From: a virus
Lineage: Duplodnaviria > Caudoviricetes
DNA: 64,000 bases
Reading direction: 5' to 3' (one strand)
Virus record (IMG/VR): IMGVR_UViG_3300033122_000343
Numbering within the stretch: the first letter of the stretch is position 1; the number at the start of each line of letters is the position of its first letter. A program made the position numbers and the translations under genes. The notes beneath the pieces were generated by a model. The model was not told where the DNA came from, searched no databases, and saw only the letters and a program-made list of their open reading frames with translations. Positions 32,082 through 40,132 of this stretch are shown in pieces.

Positions 32082-33815
32082 TTAACTGCCTAATCCTCTT
32101 CCTTGTTTCATATTCTTTTCACTGCCGTATCGTGAGACTACATTTGCATAATCTTGAGTTGATTTATATCCTGCTTTCTTCGCTCTGTCTGCAAATGCTT
32201 TACTGCTTGCTGCTTGGTCTTTTTTCTTCATCATCATCTGTGTCATTTTCCCAGTTCCCACAGTGCTTTTTGCACCCTTCACCTTTTTAGGTTGATTAGC
32301 ACCCATGCGTTGACTACCGTATTTTTTCATGACAGATTGGAGTGCAAGATTATTTTTTGCAGTTCCACCTTTTTCTATTTTTTTATTTGTTTTTGTGTCA
32401 ATTCCTTTTTCTTTTTCGTAACGATTTAATTCACTTAGGTAATCAGAAACTATTTTATCCATCATTTTTTCACCCATCATCTTAGGTTGTTTTGCCTTCT
32501 TTAATGCTGCTGCCTTTTCATTAGGATTTTTATTACCCCTAGCAAGATTAATCATCTTTGCAGTTTTTTGTGCCTTTTTATGTTTTTCAGGATCAATTTT
32601 AAACATTTCTGCCATGCCTCTCATGGGAGCAGGTTTAAGTAAATCAAAAACTTTAATCCTACCATCACCAAACTCAGCAGACATCTCCTCTTGTGGTGTC
32701 ATTTTTTGCACATTTTTTTTATAACCACCAGTGCCTACAAGAGTATTTGGATGAATCTTATCTCTCATGGTTCTTTCCATTTTTTTCTCAGTGTATTCTT
32801 TCAACCATGTTCCCTCTGTCATTTTGTCACCTTCATATGTTGACAAATTCTTTTTCTTTTCTTTTTTAGATATCTTAGGACCTCCTATTGGATCACCATA
32901 CTTATCTTTTTTAATTTGTTCTTTGGCAAGATCCTTATGAAGTTCTCTGTATTGTGCTTTACTATCACCAGATCTTTTATTTGACTTGTCCATCTTAGTG
33001 GTTTTCTTATATCCACCCTTCTTTATATCAAATTTTTTTCTGTAAAAATCTTCTTTATATGATTGCACTCTAGTCTTACCAAGAATGTATTTTGGATCAT
33101 TCTTCATTGCTTTCTGTGCATCTGCCTCATCATTTTTATTTACATTTATAATTGTCTTCCCACCTTTCTTACTTTTAGTGTGTGCTATATTACCCATTTC
33201 TTCCTTTGGCACACAATTCGGAACCATTTTTCCACCTTTCTTTTTCATACCCACTTGCTTATGAGTATCCCAACAGGGATCTTTATCTTCTGTTTTTACG
33301 TCAGGATTAATTGTAATTTTATTTTTTACATTTTTAGGATCTATTTTATCATTATCTTTTTTATCAGGTTTTGCTGCTATCTCATCAATGAAACCAAGAT
33401 CATCTCTCCAGTCATAGTGTGATGATAGACTTCTGTTACTAGAATACATTTTTGACAACCCTCCTGTTGTTGCTTTTGCCACTTTACCCACTACCATTGC
33501 TGCTTTACCTGCTGCTGATGCTACTTTTTTAGTGGTTTGAACGGCAGTTTTAACTGGTTCTTTTTTTACTTTATCTTTAAACTTATCAATTTTTTTCTTC
33601 TGTAAATCTATCTTACTCTTTATATAAGATGGTTTTGGTTTTTTCTTAAACTGCGTAGATGGATCAGCAGCAGCACCAGAAGGTTTTCTTTCTGCTGCTC
33701 TTTTTGCTTTTTCTGCTTCTCTTTTATCAATATCGGCTTTGACTTTTGCAATTTTTGCTTCTCGATCTGCCGAACTTTGAGATTTACTTGTTGTTATTCT
33801 TGCTTCACTTATCAT
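32082..33815 (-). CDS. Lys-rich modular protein, putative head-internal polyprotein
   Basis: Basic segments separated by ISE/IDE/MTE/LKE/LSE sites. Confidence 0.7.
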   Translation of the reverse strand: MISEARITTSKSQSSADREAKIAKVKADIDKREAEKAKRAAERKPSGAAADPSTQFKKKPKPSYIKSKIDLQKKKIDKFKDKVKKEPVKTAVQTTKKVASAAGKAAMVVGKVAKATTGGLSKMYSSNRSLSSHYDWRDDLGFIDEIAAKPDKKDNDKIDPKNVKNKITINPDVKTEDKDPCWDTHKQVGMKKKGGKMVPNCVPKEEMGNIAHTKSKKGGKTIINVNKNDEADAQKAMKNDPKYILGKTRVQSYKEDFYRKKFDIKKGGYKKTTKMDKSNKRSGDSKAQYRELHKDLAKEQIKKDKYGDPIGGPKISKKEKKKNLSTYEGDKMTEGTWLKEYTEKKMERTMRDKIHPNTLVGTGGYKKNVQKMTPQEEMSAEFGDGRIKVFDLLKPAPMRGMAEMFKIDPEKHKKAQKTAKMINLARGNKNPNEKAAALKKAKQPKMMGEKMMDKIVSDYLSELNRYEKEKGIDTKTNKKIEKGGTAKNNLALQSVMKKYGSQRMGANQPKKVKGAKSTVGTGKMTQMMMKKKDQAASSKAFADRAKKAGYKSTQDYANVVSRYGSEKNMKQGRGLGS

Positions 33816-35106
33816 TTTTCATGTGGTCGGCAGCTTTGTACATGGGTTTGCCTGTAATTTTACTTTTCATTCCCTTTATATAATTTTGATAGGCAGGTGT
33901 GTTACCTTTCTTATCAGCATTTGTAACTGTCATTGCCTCATCAATGTCTTCAACTGCTTCTTTCATACCTTTAACTTTTTTTACACCTCTTTTTTCAGCC
34001 GTTTCTCTCCCTCTTTCAGCAGAAAAATACTCAGTAGATCCTCCTGGCGATGACATCGGATTATATTTGTTACCTCTCTTATATGGCACATCAATACCAC
34101 TATCTTTCTTACCAAATTTTCTTTTGTTTCTTGCTTCTGCTCTTTCTTTAGCACCACCAAAAAACGGACCTGATGGTAATCGTTTATCTACCTTTGCTTC
34201 ATCAATCTCATCAATCTCTTCAACTTCCTCTTTCTTCACACAGTTTGGATATCTCTTACCAAACATCGTTTTCATTCCTTTCTTTTCATAACCCTTCCAG
34301 CACTTTTCATAGATGATTTCAAGTATATCATCCATTACTTCCTCTTCTAATTCCTGCTCTACAAACATATCCATGAATAGACCAAATGGTTCCATTTCTT
34401 CTATTACTGGTTCTACATCCTCTTTTGCCATCTTCCCACCTGCCATCTCCATACCCTTCAGTCTTTTGTTGACTTGCTTGAGTTTGATGTCCTTTGCTTT
34501 CTTGGGTATACCAGATCCATGTTGTGTTGCCATCATGTTTCCTCTGGTTTCTTTACTTGCCTTCTTTACATAACTACCCATAGTCTCTTTACTTAATTCA
34601 GATATATCTTCTACATCCTCATTTCTGAGTTGTGCAGCAGGAGTTTTCATCTTACTAAATCTTTCTTTTTCCTTTGCAGTAGATATAGTGCTAACAATCT
34701 TTGAAGATCTATCCTGTGCCTTACTACCTTCTTTACTATCAAGTCCTTTGCTAAGTGCATCACGACTTAGATTACCAGCTTTACGATACATCTTTGTTGT
34801 TGGAAGTTCTTTCTTCTCCTCTTCCATTTTCTTTTTCTTGGCAACCATCATATCTTCTTGTCTTTTTTTCTTCGCCATGGCAATCGCTGCTTGTTGTGCA
34901 GGATTTGATGAGTGCATAGACTCTTTCTTCATCTCCTGTTTAGGATTTTTACCCATCGCTTTCTTTATAGCTTTATCTCTTGAACCCATATATTCCTGAG
35001 TTCCAGTTTCTATCTTACCGTCACCATCGTAATCTTTCTTTGCCATTTTCTCTTGCAAAAAAGGTTCTCTGATGTCTTTATAAACTTCTGTCCAAGGATT
35101 ACTCAT
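33805..35106 (-). CDS. Lys/Glu-rich modular protein, putative head-internal polyprotein
   Basis: Repeated ExVExI(D/S)E linkers; late promoter at 35130-35135. Confidence 0.7.
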   Translation of the reverse strand: MSNPWTEVYKDIREPFLQEKMAKKDYDGDGKIETGTQEYMGSRDKAIKKAMGKNPKQEMKKESMHSSNPAQQAAIAMAKKKRQEDMMVAKKKKMEEEKKELPTTKMYRKAGNLSRDALSKGLDSKEGSKAQDRSSKIVSTISTAKEKERFSKMKTPAAQLRNEDVEDISELSKETMGSYVKKASKETRGNMMATQHGSGIPKKAKDIKLKQVNKRLKGMEMAGGKMAKEDVEPVIEEMEPFGLFMDMFVEQELEEEVMDDILEIIYEKCWKGYEKKGMKTMFGKRYPNCVKKEEVEEIDEIDEAKVDKRLPSGPFFGGAKERAEARNKRKFGKKDSGIDVPYKRGNKYNPMSSPGGSTEYFSAERGRETAEKRGVKKVKGMKEAVEDIDEAMTVTNADKKGNTPAYQNYIKGMKSKITGKPMYKAADHMKNDK

Positions 35107-35132
35107 GGTTTTCTATATCTTATACACTATAT

Positions 35133-35999
35133 TTAGACAACTATTGGTCTAGAATCAGTGACCCACGTTCTAAATACATGACCTTGCTCGTCTAGACATA
35201 TCAAATGATTTGCTCCTCTTCTTATAATTTTACCAATTCCATGAGAAGAATTAACAAAATCACCTTCGTTAAAAATATCTCCTGAAATATATTGTTCTCT
35301 TACTGATCTTTCATCTACTGGGTATACCATCATAGAGGAGAAGTTATATAATGACCCGTTCTGTTCCTGTGATAATTTTTGTATCTCTTCAGCTCTGGAC
35401 TTTCGCACGACAATTTTGACATTATCATATCCACTATTATTAACTGATTGAAGCACATCATAAATTGTCTCAGCATTTTTATCGTCTATAATATATTCCG
35501 CCAACTCTGGATTTTCTTCTTGTAATTTTTTTATATCTGCATCTCTACTGGGAAAAATATAAAACTGTCCATCACCTTGTTCTTTGACTGCTGCTAATAC
35601 ATTATCTCCAATTTCATCATCATCAAATTTATCAAATGCAATAGTGAGTGGAGGTTTTTCTGCAACCTGTGTTTGTTGTTGAGATCCTGCTAATCTTGTA
35701 TTTGATCTTGATTGATCTTGCCCATAACCTATAACTCTACTTGGCGTTCTAGCAACTGTTCCTCTTGATTTAGATCCAAATTGTGATGCTGTAGATCCTA
35801 CATTATCTTTATCATCATCGGGTGAACCATCTTTACCACCGCCAAACATTTTTAGTTCGCCGTCAATAGTTTTTGCTTTTAAATTACCCTTCTTATCATA
35901 CCAGTCTCCGTGACCGTTTCCGACCAAACCTAAACGCTTCGCTTCTTGCGATGCTTTGGTTTCTCTTGCTTCTGTAATGAATTGACTGAAAGACTTCAC
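35133..35999 (-). CDS. Degenerate cytidylyltransferase-like protein with capsid-targeting-like N-terminus
   Basis: MKSFSQFITEA start; TIAF...YIFPSR...TIYDVL pattern without HxGH. Confidence 0.65.
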   Translation of the reverse strand: MKSFSQFITEARETKASQEAKRLGLVGNGHGDWYDKKGNLKAKTIDGELKMFGGGKDGSPDDDKDNVGSTASQFGSKSRGTVARTPSRVIGYGQDQSRSNTRLAGSQQQTQVAEKPPLTIAFDKFDDDEIGDNVLAAVKEQGDGQFYIFPSRDADIKKLQEENPELAEYIIDDKNAETIYDVLQSVNNSGYDNVKIVVRKSRAEEIQKLSQEQNGSLYNFSSMMVYPVDERSVREQYISGDIFNEGDFVNSSHGIGKIIRRGANHLICLDEQGHVFRTWVTDSRPIVV

Positions 36000-36201
36000 G
36001 AATACGTTTATAGACCTGTGATTGTTTTTGACGGATTAAATTTAGTAATATTTTTTTCAGATAAAAGTATTTAGGGTCATCCTGTTTGACGTTAGACAAT
36101 ACAAACGCTGTGAACAAAGGTATCTCTTCACGAAGAGGATGTATTTTATTAATCTCTTTTACATATGTATTGATAATTTTATCGAGGAATTCCTCTATCA
36201 T
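35896..36201 (-). CDS. Hypothetical protein
   Basis: ORF track; ATGA coupling upstream, 104-nt overlap downstream. Confidence 0.6.
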   Translation of the reverse strand: MIEEFLDKIINTYVKEINKIHPLREEIPLFTAFVLSNVKQDDPKYFYLKKILLNLIRQKQSQVYKRIREVFQSIHYRSKRNQSIARSEAFRFGRKRSRRLV

Positions 36202-36410
36202 TTTAAGTAAGTGTGTATCATCTCTTTTTGCTCATGCCATTTAGCAACTTGACATAATTCTTTTTCTATTGTCTCAATCATATCAGGATGTTCTGCAACA
36301 CCAACACCATTACTCATAAGTATTTTTATATTTGTCACATGCTTTTGAATATTACCATCTGCATGTGCAAGTAATGTGTTTACTATTTGACTTGAATGAT
36401 CGATTGCCAT
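36198..36410 (-). CDS. Conserved phage hypothetical protein
   Basis: AHADGNI...GVGVAEHPDMIETIEKEL. Confidence 0.8.
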   Translation of the reverse strand: MAIDHSSQIVNTLLAHADGNIQKHVTNIKILMSNGVGVAEHPDMIETIEKELCQVAKWHEQKEMIHTYLK

Positions 36411-36436
36411 AATGTTTTATTTTTATTTAGTTTGAA

Positions 36437-36838
36437 TTACCTATCATCTGACTTTCTATTTTCAGAATAAAACTCTGAGAAATGTCCCTCTGGAAATCTT
36501 TTTTCTAATTTTTGAATATTTTTATCAGTGATCTCTTCAAGAGATACGCCAAGTGCCATGCATGCTTGTGCAACGTACCACATCACATCTCCTAATTCTA
36601 TTTTTAAATGTTCAATATTATCTTCATTTGCAGGTTTACCCTGAAAGATCATCTTCTTTACGATCTCTGCAAATTCGCCACCTTCAGCACTGATTCCTAT
36701 AGCAGCAGTCAACAACCTCTCAATCTTAATATCGTAACTTAATTCTTGTAATCTGTATATAAACGGTTCCATTTCTTTTGATGGTTTGCTTGTCACTTCA
36801 TCAACAAACTTTGAATACTTATCAAAACTTGAATTCAC
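36437..36838 (-). CDS. mazG: MazG-like NTP pyrophosphohydrolase
   Basis: AEGGEFAEIVKK, ELGDVMWY; GTG start assumed. Confidence 0.9.
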   Translation of the reverse strand: MNSSFDKYSKFVDEVTSKPSKEMEPFIYRLQELSYDIKIERLLTAAIGISAEGGEFAEIVKKMIFQGKPANEDNIEHLKIELGDVMWYVAQACMALGVSLEEITDKNIQKLEKRFPEGHFSEFYSENRKSDDR

Positions 36839-38201
36839 TAAATTTCTCCTTCGTTTTATCTGCTTTATCATTGTAATTCACATCATCTTTGTCGTCAACG
36901 ATATCATCTTGAGCATTTTGTTCACAATCATAAAGTCTCATTTTAGGTCTGTCTATACCAACTACAAATCTCCTGTTAAATGTAGGATCATTATATCTGT
37001 TCTTTAATTGTTTGACCATTATTTGCCCTAGTTGTTCCAACTCTTCACTAGAAACCAAAGCAAACATGAGGTCGGCAGTAGCAGGTAGACCAAAAGATTC
37101 ACTTGTATCAGTAAGGTTGGGATCTGAAGAAGTAAAACCACTACGAGTAGTTTGTGTAGCAGAAACAATCGGAACATCAAATTCAACTGCTAGTCCTCTA
37201 AGTTCTTCTGCAATTGCTTTGACGTAAGAATACGAGTTGACGTTTACTGCTGACCTATAACGTGATGATGCACATATGTTCAAATAATCTATGAATATTA
37301 TCTCAGGTTTAAAAGTCTTTTTTAGTTTTAATTCATTTAACAACGCTCTAAAATGACCCACATGTGCAGATGCAGTGGGGTATTCTTTTATTACTAATTT
37401 ACCATTAGTTTTATCTTGTAACGTATTAATTTTTTTGAAGTATGTAGATCTAGGTAAATCTACAATTTCTCTAATATTAACATTCAATAAATTTGCATCA
37501 ATTCTCTCTGCTATTTTTTCCTCTGCCATCTCCATGGTGATATATAAAACATTTTTTCCCTGAGTCAAAACACTAGATGCCATATGACACATGAATAAAC
37601 TTTTACCTACACCTGTTCCTGCCAAAGCAATATTTAATGTTTTATTTGAAACACCTCCAGCAGTTATCTTATTGAACATTTCAAGATCAAAAGATATCTT
37701 ACTTTCTCTACGATGATAATATTCAAAACGTTCTTGATAATCATCAATATAATCGTGTCCAACATGTTGATCAAAACCAACTGCCAATGCCTCTTGAAGT
37801 ATTGAGGGTATGGCATCTGCTGATTTCTTTTCATCCTGCCCATCTGCAATTTGTATACTCTTCATCAACGCTAAGTATATTGCACGTTCCTTACAAAATT
37901 TTTCAGTAATATCCTCCAACCAATCTTGTTTTGAATCAGATGGTTCGAGAACATTTACAAGATCTTGAACTAGTTTAAATTCATCTTGTGTTAAATCACT
38001 TCTGTCTTCTGATTCTATGAATAACACTTCCTTTGTTGGAAGTGCATCATACTTTGTTATATGTTTGCAAATCTCTTCAAATACTACACGATCAGTTTTT
38101 TCTTCAAAATATTCTGGTTGAATGAAAGGTAAAACTTTTCTATTGTAGTCTTCTTTATGAAGCAGATTCCTGAGTATTGTCAGAGGAATCCTCTCCGCCA
38201 T
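36822..38201 (-). CDS. gp41: Replicative DNA helicase (T4 gp41)
   Basis: AGTGVGKS, IFIDY, SATQTTR, SESFGLP. Confidence 0.97.
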   Translation of the reverse strand: MAERIPLTILRNLLHKEDYNRKVLPFIQPEYFEEKTDRVVFEEICKHITKYDALPTKEVLFIESEDRSDLTQDEFKLVQDLVNVLEPSDSKQDWLEDITEKFCKERAIYLALMKSIQIADGQDEKKSADAIPSILQEALAVGFDQHVGHDYIDDYQERFEYYHRRESKISFDLEMFNKITAGGVSNKTLNIALAGTGVGKSLFMCHMASSVLTQGKNVLYITMEMAEEKIAERIDANLLNVNIREIVDLPRSTYFKKINTLQDKTNGKLVIKEYPTASAHVGHFRALLNELKLKKTFKPEIIFIDYLNICASSRYRSAVNVNSYSYVKAIAEELRGLAVEFDVPIVSATQTTRSGFTSSDPNLTDTSESFGLPATADLMFALVSSEELEQLGQIMVKQLKNRYNDPTFNRRFVVGIDRPKMRLYDCEQNAQDDIVDDKDDVNYNDKADKTKEKFSEFKF

Positions 38202-39195
38202 ATGTAAACTCCTTTAATGCTGCTTGATCGAGTTTCCTCATTATATCATCAGTAAAATATTTGTCAGGGTTAGTATAAACTTCCTTCGCAAATACTTTTT
38301 TACCGTCTATTTCATATCTTGTAGAAACTTTTTTAAATATACCTGCACGTTCTGCTAAATCAAGTAAACCATAATACTTATCCAACCCTCTTTCATCATA
38401 GAACAAACGTATTTTTACTTCTTTATTTTCCTTACTTAAACGTGACTTATGAGTCTTTGCTTTGATAACTGTTCCAACGATCTCACTCCCGTCTTTTTCT
38501 TTCGCTTTTGAAAGATAGACGATAGTGGATGCAGCATATTTGAGACCAGAACCGCCACCCATTTCTTTTGTTGGTATATACGATCCGATGACATCATAGG
38601 TATGGTTGGTTACGATTAATGGAATTTTAGCTTGACCGAGTTTTAGTGTCAACATTCTGAAAGTACCCTTGACCAATTGTGATTTGGTCATGTCTCTAAT
38701 TTGTTTATCATCTAAAACATCTTTTATTTCTTTCTCAGTAGAAAGCATCCCCAAAGAATCAAGAACGAACATTAAGGGTTTACGTTCGTTTTCAGGTAGT
38801 TGTAAATATTTATCAACTACCTTCAATGCACGATTACGAAATTGCTCTACAGTAACAACGCTTATAACACCTATTCGTTCAAGATCAAGACCACGACTTA
38901 CTAATAAATCTTTAGTTATGGCAGATTCAGTATCAAAATACATGACACCACCATCAGGATTGTTTTTTAAAAAGTTTTTAACTACTGCGAGGGAGAAGTA
39001 GGTTTTACCTGTACTGGTTTCTCCTGCGATGGCGGTGATTTTATTTCTAGAAACGCCACCAAAGATGCTACCACTAACCAAGGCATTAAAAATAAAACTA
39101 CCCGTGTCAATGTATTGTTCTGTGTTGTCGATTTGCGAGGCAATCTGGGAGTAATCATCGTCAATTTCCTTTAATACGTCTTTTAAAAAATCCAT
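38155..39195 (-). CDS. uvsX: RecA-like recombinase
   Basis: AGETSTGKT, LDSLG, MGGGSGLKY. Confidence 0.95.
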   Translation of the reverse strand: MDFLKDVLKEIDDDYSQIASQIDNTEQYIDTGSFIFNALVSGSIFGGVSRNKITAIAGETSTGKTYFSLAVVKNFLKNNPDGGVMYFDTESAITKDLLVSRGLDLERIGVISVVTVEQFRNRALKVVDKYLQLPENERKPLMFVLDSLGMLSTEKEIKDVLDDKQIRDMTKSQLVKGTFRMLTLKLGQAKIPLIVTNHTYDVIGSYIPTKEMGGGSGLKYAASTIVYLSKAKEKDGSEIVGTVIKAKTHKSRLSKENKEVKIRLFYDERGLDKYYGLLDLAERAGIFKKVSTRYEIDGKKVFAKEVYTNPDKYFTDDIMRKLDQAALKEFTYGGEDSSDNTQESAS

Positions 39196-39199
39196 TCTA

Positions 39200-39658
39200 C
39201 TAGATACCTAATAATTTTCGTTGTCTTTCAAAGTAACCATGTAATATCCATGAACTACTATTCATTTTATCATGCCCACCAACCCCCCAAATAAATTGTA
39301 CACTGGGATCAGATTTATATTTTTCATATTCTGGAGTGTTAGAATCTCCTCTATCTCCACCATTACAAAAAATAACTTTGTCCGATATTTGTAAACATTT
39401 TGCTATGGCACCACAGGCAGTTTCATCACTATCATCCCATGATATAACAGCATCAACCATATTTAAATGTCTTATAATGTCTGCTCTTTCAGTCCAACAC
39501 TGAAAGTATTGTCCTTTTTTTCTTTTTAACCATGGATCCCCATTTAATCCAACCACAAGATAATCTGAATAATCTTTTGCCCTTTCAAAATACCTTATGT
39601 GTCCACTGTGTATTGGATCAAATCCTCCTGTAACCAAACTAATTTTATCAAAAAACAT
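39200..39658 (-). CDS. Cytidylyltransferase-like (HIGH family)
   Basis: TGGFDPIHSGH, NGGDR, KMNSSS. Confidence 0.9.
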   Translation of the reverse strand: MFFDKISLVTGGFDPIHSGHIRYFERAKDYSDYLVVGLNGDPWLKRKKGQYFQCWTERADIIRHLNMVDAVISWDDSDETACGAIAKCLQISDKVIFCNGGDRGDSNTPEYEKYKSDPSVQFIWGVGGHDKMNSSSWILHGYFERQRKLLGI

Positions 39659-39819
39659 TAGATTACCATTCCATGTTCTTCACGAAGAATTTTTTTATAA
39701 GGACCATTAGGATATTCATCTCTAACTTCCTGTACTAATTGTAATTTTCTTCTTAAATTAGAAGATGGAAGAGATTCAATAATAGAACTAAGTTCAAGAT
39801 CATTGATAGGTAAATCCAT
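39658..39819 (-). CDS. Small hypothetical protein
   Basis: MDLPINDLEL...YKKILREEHGMVI. Confidence 0.7.
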   Translation of the reverse strand: MDLPINDLELSSIIESLPSSNLRRKLQLVQEVRDEYPNGPYKKILREEHGMVI

Positions 39820-39847
39820 TTTATTAAAAAATATAAGAATAAAATTC

Positions 39848-39877
39848 AAAAAAACATACGGTTGCTGCCAAACGTAT
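39848..39877 (-). terminator. Possible intrinsic terminator
   Basis: ATACGTTTG-GCAG-CAACCGTAT (one mismatch) followed by GTTTTTTT. Confidence 0.4.
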
Positions 39878-39884
39878 TAAGAAT

Positions 39885-40106
39885 TTAATCATCATGATCA
39901 TCCCAAGGATCTGTTAAATTTTTATTATTAAAAAATGCTGTGTAAACACCCCAACTTGTAAATGTTATCAGCAATATTAAAATGATAGCAGCAAGTTGTC
40001 CTTGTGGTGGTAATCCTTCATATGTTCCATGAGGAATAATGGCATGTCCACACTTACCCCATGTGCCAGGTAAATGATATACAGGAGGACAAGATAAAAA
40101 AATCAT
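39885..40106 (-). CDS. Small membrane protein with PsbN-like C-terminus
   Basis: TM helix followed by WGVYTAF...LTDPWDDHDD. Confidence 0.6.
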   Translation of the reverse strand: MIFLSCPPVYHLPGTWGKCGHAIIPHGTYEGLPPQGQLAAIILILLITFTSWGVYTAFFNNKNLTDPWDDHDD

Positions 40107-40132
40107 GCAACAGTTTTAAGTTTATTATAGCA

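Noticed and set aside
33805-33815. Possible frameshift fusing the two Lys-rich ORFs
   Set aside because: The second ORF has its own ATG in a short overlap and no clear slippery site
32214-34999. Several Phe/Ser/Leu-rich plus-strand ORFs
   Set aside because: Compositional mirrors of the Lys/Glu-rich minus-strand genes
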